Below the pieces are notes generated by a model. The model was not told the DNA's origin. It worked only from the letters and a program-made list of their open reading frames with translations, and searched no databases. Below, one piece after another: positions 24,193-36,283 of a stretch of 64,000 nt of DNA. Each line of letters opens with the position of its first letter. The first letter of the stretch is position 1. The stretch comes from Macrostomum lignano (Eukaryota). A program made the position numbers and the translations under genes. Where the stretch lies: positions 1-64,000 of the forward strand of contig NIVC01002287.1 in assembly GCA_002269645.1 (NCBI GenBank), in the 5' to 3' direction.

Positions 24193-27100
24193 ACCAAAGA
24201 GAGGTCAGTCTCGTAGTCGTTAAGACAAAATTAGGAACATTTGAGAAGCCTACTGAGTCGGTATTTGCTTTGAATTCAGCCAGGGAAGCCTCTATGGTCG
24301 AAGCGCAGTGACGATAGAGGCTTCCCTGATTCAACTTTAAAATGCAAGCAGATGTACCAGGCGTACAAATGTATCAAATGTCCTTTCGGCCCACAGACTA
24401 TGGCAGCTGCTGATGTCTATGGGACAAAAGTACGAGTAGATGCTTGCCGAGCGGCTTCAGTTGCGAGGGCTGCCTTGGCATTCTATATTAACTATAGATA
24501 TTTCTCCGGTTCGAGCTGCATTTATAGGTCACAGCTGCATTCTGGGACTGTTTGCTGCTCTCCAATAGTACTTTTCAGCATGTCAATAGACCAATTATTA
24601 GTTTGGAAGCTGAGCTATTACCAATATAGTGCCAACATTAAAGTTGCTGTCCTCCGTTGTCTGCAAAAAAACTTAAAGGATTAACAAAATGTTCAGCAAT
24701 TCTTATAAAACTGTTTTGTATTAGACAGCATTTCAATAATTCCAACGCTTTTTGAAGTTCACAATTTTTTTCGCTAATTCGAGTTGAGTCTCTTGCATAG
24801 TAAAAAACGAACTTCAATAAATCTATAGGAGGGTATGCTGTGGCAGCAGTGAGTTGCGACATGCAAGCCTGCAGCAAGTCTTCCCTATGCTTACCATGCA
24901 AATGTATATCTCTTTTCTATTCAGCGAACGTGACTTGGAATTCGCATTTCTCACTCTGAATGAACGCCTCTGCACAGCACTAAAGCATCCGGATTTTAAG
25001 TTAGTTCCGATAGTCCACACGAGAGTAATTCAATTTCAGAAATAAGCCGTTTGCTACAAGCAGAAGTCTTTCAAAGACTTGTTATTTGCATTTGTCGTAT
25101 AGCTATGTCACACAGTGCTATGGCAGGCTGCTTGTTTTGCCCGCATTCAGGGCTCTCAAAACTGTCGTTTCCGTGGCGCGAACAAACAGCTTAAAGTCAA
25201 AGTCGCTGGTGATAATAAAGTTAGACAGTAGTGTTGACAGCACACTATAACAGCGCAGTTCAAAATGCTATATGCTTGCCCGTAGAAAATCTATACTTGG
25301 AACTTCTGCTTATAACATTTTCTTTGCATAATACGCCACACACCTACTAGTTCCAAATTCTTGTACTTCAAAACTAAGCCTTGAAGGCTGAAAGGCTGAA
25401 AAGATACTGTAATGTTAAACTAGTTTTTTTGTAAGCTATCCAAATTCGAAGAAGTATTAACAAATGACTTTCAAGCAGCTAATGTGCATCCAAGTTGAAC
25501 GAATGCATCTTCAATGAGACAATGCATACAGAAAAACGGTTAAATGTAAATGTTGTCGGATACGGATTTTGATATTGCAATCCAAACAATATTAGTATAG
25601 CTTCCGTGTAGGTTTTTGGGCTTTAAAGAACTCACGGTAGCAAATGCTCTGTGTGACTTTCTTCTAAAAATCACGGACACATTAATTCTTTACGTTGGGT
25701 ACATAAAGAACTGTATTGACAAGGCAAATACGAGCCAGTCTGTAGCTGTCTTATAAACGGATCTGAATTGCTATTCATGTAGTTTTCCGCCTTTATCGCA
25801 TTTTGCTAAGCTCATCCCTTTTTACGCTAAAAAAATCACGCGCCAATAGCAAAAATTAATCCAGTTATAACTACCCGAGTTCTCTTGATTTCGGTTGATT
25901 GTACAATGCAGCACATATATATGTCTCGTTAGCGTTTCAAGACTTCCGTTTTGTACATTTTAGTTTTTTGTTTTGCTTTCCCGCTAAGCGCATGATGTTG
26001 GTCTAATTAGCCTCTATGAAGCCTGTGCTCGAACTGTTTACGTTCTCTAGTACACCAAATTTTAGACCCACTTGTGACTCTTGGGACTGTGCTTAAAGGC
26101 AACAATCGAAGTGCTTATTTATACACACAGATTAGTTTAAAATTAAAGTTTTTATCTCTTTCTGCTTGGTTGTTAGCTCAGAAAAAATATATAGACAAAA
26201 TAGGGTCCATGAACGTCAGAAAATACACTTTTTCCTAATTTTCACCTGTGTGCATTTGTTATAATATGTATATTCATCAAAGCTTCACCTCCGTTTCTAA
26301 CATGGTCTTTTTAAAAGAACTGCATAACTGCATAATTTTGTGTTTTAGGCTTAGCTATGCTCTTTAAAGTAGAATTGTTTTGCTGCTCAAACTTTTACCC
26401 AATATGACAATTGAAGCTGTTACAAGCATCTTCAAAGTTACAATAAAATGCTTTCTTTTTCGAAAACTTTATTACTTTCTGTTACAATCTACTAAACTGA
26501 AAAATTATTAAACTATTAATAAATGCTAGGCCTATCGCCATACAGATGACTGTAAATCTGTATGATTACTGTCTGACGGACGAAGACTGCTTAATTTTAT
26601 GTTGGCCTATTTAACAGAAAACAATAAAATAGAATATTATATACAACAATATGCTTAGCCCTCTTCAATTTGTTGTTTTTACACCATATATTAGTGCCTA
26701 CTTTACTACATCATTTAATTGTTAACCAAAAACTCTTGCTTTTGCATTAGATTTTAAGCTAATATAGTTATTTAAATAGATATTCTAATCAATTCACCAT
26801 CAATGAATTTTTAGCTGAGCCTATTGCTGTTTAAACTATGAACAATCATCTTCTATAAAAGCTTACTTACAGGTTTTTATTTAAATATCTTATTTAAATT
26901 TAAATGTGACATGTTTTGTTCATTTAACATAGTTTTTTCACTGTATTTTAGTACAGAACAGTTAATTATATCAGTGAGTAAAACATATTAATAAAAAAGA
27001 TGCAATTTAATTGTCAATATTATTTAAATATTCAGTCAAATTTGTATTCAATTCATCAAACTTTTTTTGCAAATCAAAATGTTCTGTTTGTTTATTTAGC

Positions 27101-27247
27101 TATAGTTCAAAATAAAGCATAGTTCTATACAGTTACAGCTTTAATCAGATTGTTCTCTCAATTATATATAACTTTACCCAAGACCCTATCTAACCCTACC
27201 CTAGCCCTACCATAAAGCTAATCATCTCTGCCACCTGCAGTGCACTG

Positions 27248-27730
27248 ATGCACTCCATGGTAAGCGAGGCCACCCGGCAGCTCCGCATTAATGACGCCTT
27301 TGCCAATGCTGACGCCGACTCGGATGGCCGGCTTTGCCGCGGTGACGTGAAGGTCGCCTGGATCGAGCTCTTTGGCTACAAGCCCTGCCGCAGGGAGCTC
27401 GACCTCATCATGCAGTCGCAGCCCGCAGTTGCTGGCCCCACTGATGATTTCGTGACTCTCGACACCTTCCGGCGACTGGCTTCAGCTCGGATGTCGCGTC
27501 TGGACGCCGATGGTCAGCTCCGGCACGCCTTTGCCGCGCTGGACTCCGGCGGCCGGAATTTCCTCCGGGCCGAGGACCTGCGCCGCGCTGTCGGTCTCCT
27601 TGCGCCGCGATTGGCTGCCGGCGGCTTCGCCGTTGACCGCGCTTTCGCCGAAGTGGACGCCGACGCTGACGGCCGAGTCACCTATCGGGACTTCGAGTTC
27701 GCCATGAAGTTTGACCCGGATCAGCGATGA
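27248..27730 (+). CDS. EFCAB11: EF-hand calcium-binding domain protein 11-like, single coding exon
   Basis: Shares diagnostic EFCAB11 segments LFGYKP, LRHAFAALD..GRNFL..EDL, APRL and EVDADADGRVTYRDFEFAM. Confidence 0.85.
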   Translation: MHSMVSEATRQLRINDAFANADADSDGRLCRGDVKVAWIELFGYKPCRRELDLIMQSQPAVAGPTDDFVTLDTFRRLASARMSRLDADGQLRHAFAALDSGGRNFLRAEDLRRAVGLLAPRLAAGGFAVDRAFAEVDADADGRVTYRDFEFAMKFDPDQR

Positions 27731-28015
27731 GACTACTTCCCCAGTCTACTTCTCCACTCTCCTTCCCCAGTCTACTTCTCCACCCTCCTTCCCGAGTCTA
27801 CTCCGCTCTCCTTCCCCAGTCACTTCTCCGCTCTCCTTTCCGAGTCTGCTTCTCCACTCTCCTTCCCTAGTCTACTTCTCCGCTCTCCTTCCCGAGTCTA
27901 CTCCGCTCTCCTTCCCCAGTCACTTCTCCGCTCTCCTTTCCGAGTCTGCTTCTCCACTCTCCTTCCCTAGTCTACTTCTCCGCTCTCCTTCCCGAGTCTA
28001 CTTCTCCACTCTATT
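27730..28015. repeat. Pyrimidine-rich degenerate tandem repeat starting at the EFCAB11 stop
   Basis: TCTACTTCTCCGCTCTCCTTCCC variants with an internal block duplication. Confidence 0.8.
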
Positions 28016-28261
28016 TTCCAGAATGGACTATAATATATATTATAGTGATGCAGCATTTGTCCTCAGCTTGCGAAACAGGGATAGAATACTCTATGTCATC
28101 AGGTGTTTATAAAGCCAGTTCTATTTAAATAGTGTTTAAATTTACATTTCTCAATACGAGCTGGTTCTCGTGCAGAAACTCGTTCGAATCTAAGCAAATC
28201 TGAGGCCGCTTCTCTGCGTTTGTTAATTTGATATTAGCAGATCTTGAGATGGCTCATCCGT

Positions 28262-29270
28262 TGACCGATCCATCCCTGACTCCCGACCGATCCATCCCTG
28301 ACTCCTGACCGATCCATTCCTGACTCCTGACCGATCCATCCCTGACTCCTGACCGATCAATCCCTGAATCATTCCTGACCGATCAATCCCTGAATCATTC
28401 GTGACCGATCAATCCCTGACTCCTGACCGATCAATCCCTGAATCATTCCTGACCGATCAATCCCTGAATCATTCGTGACCGATCAATCCCTGAATCATTC
28501 GTGACCGATCAATCCCTGACTCCTGACCGATCAATCCCTGAATCATTCCTGACCGATCAATCCCTGAATCATTCGTGACCGATCAATCCCTGAATCATTC
28601 GTGACCGATCAATCCCTGAATCATTCCTGACCGATCAATCCCTGAATCATTCCTGACCGATCAATCCCTGAATCATTCGTGACCGATCAATCCCTGAATC
28701 ATTCCTGACCGATCAATCCCTGAATCATTCCTGACCGATCAATCCCTGACTCCTGACCGATCAATCCCTGACTCCCGACCGATCCATCCCTGACTCCCGA
28801 CCGATCAATCCCTGACTCCTGACCGATCCATCCCTGACTTCTGACCGATCCATCCCTGACTCCTGACCGATCAATCCCTGACTCCTGACCGATCAATCCC
28901 TGACTCCTGACCGATCAATCCCTGACTCCTGACCGATCAATCCCTGACTCCTGACCGATCAATCCCTGAATAATTCCTGACCGATCAATCCCTGACTCCT
29001 GACCGATCAATCCCTGAATAATTCCTGACCGATCAATCCCTGACTCCTGACCGATCAATCCCTGACTCCTGACCGATCAATCCCTGACTCCTGACCGATC
29101 AATCCCTGAATAATTCCTGACCGATCAATCCCTGACTCCTGACCGATCAATCCTTGAATAATTCCTGACCGATCAATCCCTGACTCCTGACCGATCAATC
29201 CCTGAATCATTCCTGACCGATCAATCCCTGACTCCTGACCGAGCAAATCCCCTGACAGATCGATCCTCTG
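28262..29270. repeat. Minisatellite of interspersed 22- and 26-bp units
   Basis: GACCGATCAATCCCTGACTCCT and GACCGATCAATCCCTGAATCATTCCT. Confidence 0.95.
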
Positions 29271-30419
29271 ACCGACAACCTCCTGACCAATTCCTGACTC
29301 AGTTACTCATGATCAATTCAGCGATACGAGATCAGCTTAGCCAAAGCATGCCCAGGTTACAAACGTACCAGCTGCTAATGCACTTGGGTTTCGTTGTTAA
29401 TCCGGCGGTGTATTTTTACAGCTTAAAAAGTAGCAACAGATGCAGTTCTCTTTCTGCCTACTCAGATCTACGTCATATGGGGAGCTGATAACTGAAGCAC
29501 GTATTCAGGCTAACTAAATATGGAAATTCAGACTTCTGTGCGGGCAGAATTCAAAATCTCATTGCTTTAAGATTTCATGAATAAAAAAATTGTATCGGAA
29601 CTGAGGATCATTTGCAAATTCATCCCGCAGTTGAAATTCTGCAATGGTTAGAATACAGTGTAACAATTTCGACTGAAGAATGAAGCGTCTTGAAGAATTC
29701 TGCGGGCAAGCCATTCTTAAATTTCTTAGCTTAGTCTCTGATTTCGATGCATCTTCAGTAGATTGCTTGTGCCAAAAAGCTCCAATTACTCGAAAGAGAT
29801 AAAAAATTACCAATATTGTAAAAATCTTTACTTTTAAGCTTCTCATTGCACAGCAGAACTCTCAAGTAGGCAAAAATGTCAATAAAAGCGCAAAAACTAC
29901 ACACGGTACGCATCGAATTTCAAATTCGCGCCAAAAGAGCGTTACTGTTTACGAGCTTTTAAACATCATTCAAATACCATTAAACGCCTAACAATTAATC
30001 GACTTTCTAAGATGAGATTTCTCAGCTAAATGTATGACTCTCGCGCCATACGACGACCCCTGGTTCGATTCCGTGCGCTGTAATATTCATTCGGGGCTCG
30101 TGTGCAGAAAAATTGGCCCAGGGGGGTTGTCGTGTGATTCACGCTTGTGTGTGCTGAGAAGTCAGCGGAATGGGCAGAATAATTTTTCATTTGGTATATT
30201 AGCGTTGCTTAGCAATATCTGTTTTGGCGCGAATTCGAATTCAACAACACAAAACTTGTCTACTCAGCGCTGATTTACCGAAAACAAAGTGTTAAATTCT
30301 ATTTAAAAAGTGTAATTATTAGTGGTCCTAGATGAGCTCGCAGCTATACGCAATCATCAATGTTCGAGTAAATTCGCAGTTTTATTTTGTCAATAAAAAT
30401 AAAGCTGAGTCCCAGTTCG

Positions 30420-33400
30420 TCACAGGCCGCTTGGATTCCTGCCCTGCCAGATCCACACAAAGTCGTCGCATCCATTTGACGACCCGGCAGCTCCAGTCGC
30501 CGGGTCTCGCGGCCTACCGCGAGCCTCTAGCAGGTCCAGCTTCTCCGCAGCTTCATCCTGGCCTATACGGCTGACGTCGGTGACGTCGAGGACTCGCTGC
30601 TGCTCGTCCAGTCCGAGACCCACGGCTTCCACCGGCGAATCTCGCGGCTGGCCGCGAGCCGCCGCTGCCGACTCGGAGCGTCGGTCGAACACCATTCGGT
30701 AGAGCAGCTCGACGCATTCGACAAAGAAGGCCAGAGTCAGTCCGATGTACATCGAGCACAGACCGCCGATCCGGCTGAACAGGGCGTTGATTGTCAGCAC
30801 GATCTTCTCCTGGCGCACCAGAGTATTGTTCGACTGGCGCTTCACCACCACGTACGTGAAGCTGTCGTTAAACTGGAAGGTGCCGGCGTCGCTGCCGCGC
30901 AGCAGTTGCGGATCCGTGATGTTCTGCATCCTGAAGTATTCCAGCAGTTGCTCGAGGTTGCTTCTGAACTCCGCCTCCGGTGTTTTTCTCTTCTCGAGAC
31001 TGTTGATGTGCGAGGCCCACTTCTCAGAGACTTCCTTGATCCAGTGCAGCATCCACTGGGTGTCCCGCCACTTGGTCACGGACAGCTCCTTCTCGTAGCT
31101 GAGCTGCTGACATCTCGGCAGGCACTCGCTGGCCTCGAAGGCCTGCCGGATTCTCCTCTGGTCCAGAGTGCTGGCGCATTCGGCCCTCTCGTAGATTTTC
31201 TCGTCCAGGTGGGCGCAGTATGGGTGCGTCTTGTTCGGAGGCGTCACAGAAGGCATCTCCACGTAGAGGCAGCGGCAGGAGCTGAGGAAGGCCTCCTGGA
31301 CTCGGGAGTTCAGACAAAGCTCCTGGTCGTAGGCGTACCTGCGGAGTATGCGGTTCTGAGCAGGTCACTGCGACTGTAGCCTGGAGAACTACAGGTAAAA
31401 CCCTATGGTTCGTGTTTTGAAGCTAAGAACCAGCTACAAGAAAATAATAGCTCTCCTACCCCAATCTCCTACCCCACTCAACCCCACTTCTCCTACCCCA
31501 GTCCAAGGACTACTAGACTAGAACGAAGTGTTCCTAGTGGTCCTTGACTCAGCCAACACCACTTCTTCTACCCCAGCCAACCCCACTTCTCCTACCCCAG
31601 CCAACTCCACTTCTTCTACCCCAGCCAACCCCTTCTCCTACCCCAGCCAACCCCACTTCTTCTACCCCAGCCAATCTCACTTCTTGTACCCCAGCCAATC
31701 CCACTTCTCCTACCCCAGCCAATCCCACTTCTCCTACCCCAGCCAACTCCACTTCTTCTACCCCAGCCAATGCCACTTCTTCTACCCCAGCCAATCCCAC
31801 TTCTTCTACCCCAGCCAATCCCACTTCTCCTACCCCAGCCAATCCCACTTCTCCTACCCCAGCCAATCCCACTTCTCCTACCCCAGCCAATCCCACTTCT
31901 CTTACCCCAGCCAATCCCACTTCTCCTACCCCAGCCAATCCCACTTCTCCTACCCCAGCCAATCCCACTTCTCCTACCCCAGCCAATCCCACTTCTCCTA
32001 CCCCAGCCAATCCCACTTCTCCTACCCCAGCCAATCCCACTTCTCCTACCCCAGCCAATCCCACTTCTCCTACCCCAACTAACCCCTTCTCCTACCCCAG
32101 CCAACTCCACCCCAATTCTACTATGCGGTGCAAATTTTGAGAAAAATGAGACCAGTAAAAGCTTTACTAACAGTTTTCCAAAGTCGACAAATTTTCGAAA
32201 ATTTTGACGCTCATCTTCAGCGCTGACGCACGGATTCTTTGGCGTGTTGGCCCGGATGAAGCGGACTGGCTGGTAATTGATCTCGTTCATCTTGCCCGGC
32301 TCAGTCTGGATGCCCTGTTCCAGGATCTGGGGGTTCCAGGGTGGCAGTACAAATGCAATTTCAGCTCAGAGATCGTCTAATAATAGTGAATTATTACTGT
32401 AAAGCATGGCGCTTAATGTGCTTTAACAGGTTCAGCTTGAGCATTATCGGGTAAGTGATGGTCCAGGTTGAGCACCATCGGGTTAGCGATGGTCCAGCTT
32501 GAGCACCATCGGGTTAGTGATGGTCCAGCTTGAGCACCATCGGGTTAGCGATGGTCCAGCTTGAGCACCATCGGGTTAGCGATGGTCCAGCTTGAGCACC
32601 ATCGGGTTAGCGATGGTTCAGCTTGAGCACCATCGGGTTGGTGATGGTCCAGCTTGAGCACCATCGGGTTAGCGATGGTTCAGCTTGAGCACCATCGGGT
32701 TGGTGATGGTCCAGTTTGAGCACCATCGGGTTAGTGATGGTCCAGCTTGAGCACCATCGGGTTAGCGATGGTCCAGCTTGAGCACCATCGGGTTAGTGAT
32801 GGTCCAGCTTGAGCACCATCGGGTTAGCGATGGTCCAGCTTGAGCACCATCGGGTTAGCGATGGTTCAGCTTGAGCACCATCGGGTTGGTGATGGTCCAG
32901 CTTGAGCACCATCGGGTTAGCGATGGTTCAGCTTGAGCACCATCGGGTTGGTGATGGTCCAGTTTGAGCACCATCGGGTTGGTGATGGTCCAGCTTGAGC
33001 ACCATCGGGTTAGTGATGGTCCAGTTTGAGCACCATCGGGTTAGTGATGGTCCAGCTTGAGCACCATCGGGTTAGCGATGGTTCAGCTTGAGCACCATCG
33101 GGTTGGTGATGGTCCAGCTTGAGCACCATCGGGTTAGCGATGGTTCAGCTTGAGCACCATCGGGTTGGTGATGGTCCAGCTTGAGCACCATCGGGTTAGC
33201 GATGGTTCAGCTTGAGCACCATCGGGTTGGTGATGGTCCAGCTTGAGCACCATCGGGTTAGCGATGGTTCAGCTTGAGCACCATCGGGTTGGTGATGGTC
33301 CAGCTTGAGCACCATCGGGTTAGCGATGGTTCAGCTTGAGTGCTTTGGGTTTTCAGAGTTGCCATCTAGCAATGCAGTTTAGCGATCAAGTGAAAGTGCA

Positions 33401-36283
33401 GTAAGCGGCATTTTGTGAGCAGCCATGATCGCTGTTGCAATTGTTTCCGAGCTTCACAAGCTGAACAGTGAACGCGATTCATCTCAGCCAGGAATTTCAC
33501 TCAACCACCGGTTGAGCAACGGGAAATCCGTCTGCCGGCAAAGCCATCGGAGCTCTCTGGAGCGCGGTTCGATAAGCGGCCCGGCACGCGAGACAAAACT
33601 CAATAAGGCAGAGTTCACGCTCCACCGCGCTATCCGGCTGTGCCAATGTCTCTGCGTTTCGAGTCGCTCTGAGAATATCGACTAGAATTTAAGCTCCCGT
33701 CTTTGACTTTCATTTTTCTTATCGGATCTGTCCGTCTGATTAGCGAAATCGAGCTTCTTTTTCCATTTATTCTTGCCCGCTCTGAATGCCCCGCTGATGG
33801 GGCGGAGTTCAGATTGTCTCATGAATCTGTCAGTCAAAGCCGCCCCCCCCCCAGAGCTCCGATGGACGGCGGGCAACTAGCAGCAAAAAGTGGATTAGGA
33901 GCAGCAATTTGCCTAATTAATGTTTCATGCGTTTTGAGCTCAATAGCAGAAAATGCAGGAGCTGCGACTCTCCTGAGTAGCCTGGAGGGGGGGGGCGAGC
34001 ATTCTGAGCCTGTTGCCCCAATCTGCTGCAGAAGACGAGAAAGTTGGACTAGAATTTGTTATTGTCAAAGCTCATCAGTGCAGCCATGCGGAATGCCTGC
34101 GGAAGCCGTTCCAGATTGGCGGCGCAGCTCCGGAGAGGTGAAAAGTTGAGGGTGAAGCGCACCAACGCGGAGGGGGGCTGTATACGGAAGACTAAAGGAA
34201 AATGTAGGCAGGCAGAACTGCAGAGGATTGCAGGGGGTTCACAGAATCAAGGTGTGGGAGAAGAATCACTCGGAAACCTGCTGCGTCTCTCACGTGCTGA
34301 ATTGCAGCCATGTTATCTGCTGCAGCCTCCCAGCCGCCGGTGGCTGCTAATGGACACCCACCCCTATTTTCTTCGTCATCGATTCATTCCAGCTTCCTTT
34401 TTCCCGAACCCCGCGGACTTTTTCACAGTTGCTTGCTTAACTTCTTTCTGTCTCTCGTCTCTGGCCTGCTCAGCCGGCATGGATTTCCCGAGAAGATGGA
34501 GCTCAGCGGCTGTGAGGGACAAAAGCGATTGCCGATGGAGTCACGCCAGCCACAGCACTCCATGAGGGTGAAGTGCCTCCGGCTCCTGGTTGAAGCCGGA
34601 TAAGCAGCCGATACGTTTTTTAACGGGCGCATTGGCTATTTTATGGCTTTATTTTCCCGAGCTGTTCACCGCTGCCGGCTAATGATTGAGAGCCTTCGTG
34701 AGTGGCTCTTTCAGCTTTCCCGCGAGCCGGCATAGTTGCTTCTTGTCTTCAATTTTTTATGCTGCTTGCGCGCTTCGGACAAGAATTTATTCGGCGGCAA
34801 AGGAAGCGGAGACTTTACAGGTTTGTCTGGCCAATTAGTGGCAAATAGGGACGCACGCGCTCCATAGCGAATGCGGTATGGGGTTCGTTGGCGATCGAGG
34901 AGAAAAGGCTGAGATGGTTGAGGATATCGAAGAGTGGGGAGGGTGAGGATTGGGTAGGTGAGGATTGGGTAGGTGAGGATTGGGTAGGTGAGGATTGGGT
35001 AGGTGAGGATTGGGTAGGTGAGGATTGGGTAGGTGAGGATTGGGTAGGTGAGGATTGGGTAGGTGAGGATTGGGTAGGTGAGTATTGGGTAGGTGAGGAT
35101 TGGGTAGGTGAGGATTGGGTAGGTGAGGATTGGGTAGGTGAGTATTGGGTAGGTGAGGATTGGGTAGGTGAGGATTGGGTAGGTGAGGATTGGGTAGGTG
35201 AGGATTGGGTAGGTGAGGATTGGGTAGGTGAGGATTGGGTAGGTGAGGATTGGGTAGGTGAGGATTGGGTAGGTGAGGATTGGGTAGGTGAGGATTGGGT
35301 AGGTGAGGATTGGGTAGGTGAGGATTGGGTAGGTGAGGATTGGATCGGTGAGGATTGGGTGGACTAATAACAAAAGCCTCTCAGCAAAGAGTTTATATCT
35401 GCAGCTCACCCTGGGGTGGCTGTAGGGCTCGTGAATGGACACCCGAAGCCCATACGCCTGTTCAAAGATGTCGTACAAGAAGCCCTGCCGATGTCTGATG
35501 TCGTAGTTTTCCCGCGGCCCCAGCCACATGATCAGCGTGAGGCTGTGCACCTCTGTGAGCCTCTCCGTGTCGAATTCGAGCGTCAGACAGTTGAAGTAGT
35601 TGGGGTGGCTAAAGCTGGTAACCTTGATCATGCTGTCGTAGCATCCCTTGGTGCCCTGCACCTGCTGCGAGTTGTACTTGAAGATGCAGTCAACTATCGA
35701 CTTGTTCCGCTCGTGGCCCAGCTTCGCGGCCTCATCCGGCGATAGGTTTTGATAGTACAGCCGCGACGAGTCCATGAACAGCGTGGCCACCAGCGCCTTC
35801 ATGCTGTTCGTCCTTTGCTGGTTAAACTTGGCCATCGTCTTTTCATCAGCTTGTCCGCTGCGCACTTTGGCGTACACGTCCGGCATGCTGGGATCCTGCA
35901 TCAGCTTGAGGCCGCGCTGCCTCAGCTCCCTGTTGAACACCGTTGGCGACTTGATCCGCTTTGCCGACCACTCCTCGTAGGCGCGCTCCGAGAACGGCTG
36001 GTTGTTGCAGATGCTCACCGCCGGGAACGGGGTGGCGTCATCGATGTCCAGGCGAGTCTGAATGTTCACGTCGTACTGCAGGTAGTCGATGGTGACTTTG
36101 AACGCGCTGTAGAACAGCAGCGACGTGGAGCCCAGGACGAACAGGGCCCACAGTCTGCGCAGGAACTTGCTCTGGCTCTTCAGGATCTTGCCAACTCCGC
36201 GGATGCTGGTGCTTTCAAGGAACGCTCGGGCCGTGTCAGAGACGGAGCCAGTGCGGTGGAAACACCTCTGAGTTCGCTCTCCG
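30420..36283 (-). CDS. DEG/ENaC (amiloride-sensitive sodium channel family) subunit; start exon not located
   Basis: Exons 36283-35410, 32326-32172, 31338-30420 join in phase. Pre-TM1 TSIRG, TM1 LWALFVLG, FPAVSICNNQP, YFNCLTL, GLRVSIHEP, Cys-rich domain (ELC...CRC...YC...CLPRC), TM2 FSRIGGLCSMYIGLTLAFFVE; AATAAA on the minus strand at 30381-30386. Confidence 0.92.
31485..32115. repeat. Intronic minisatellite, 24-bp unit
   Basis: CCCCAGCCAATCCCACTTCTCCTA tandem copies. Confidence 0.95.
32452..33340. repeat. Intronic minisatellite, 31-bp unit
   Basis: GATGGTCCAGCTTGAGCACCATCGGGTTAGC tandem copies. Confidence 0.95.
34941..35360. repeat. Intronic minisatellite, 15-bp unit
   Basis: GTGAGGATTGGGTAG tandem copies. 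Confidence 0.95.

Noticed and set aside
24200-25100. Short ORFs next to the piggyBac element
   Set aside because: Multiple stops in every frame and no recognisable domain.
27181-27215. Telomere-like CCCTAA/CCCTA motifs (also near position 20)
   Set aside because: Only a few degenerate units.
32452-33340. CRISPR-like regular ~30-bp repeats (also the other arrays)
   Set aside because: Units are head-to-tail with no unique spacers, there are no cas genes, and the context is eukaryotic.
34711-35409. (PILTY)n extension of the DEG/ENaC ORF
   Set aside because: Read-through past a good GTGAGC donor at 35409 into a 15-bp array; the channel continues in phase at 32326.
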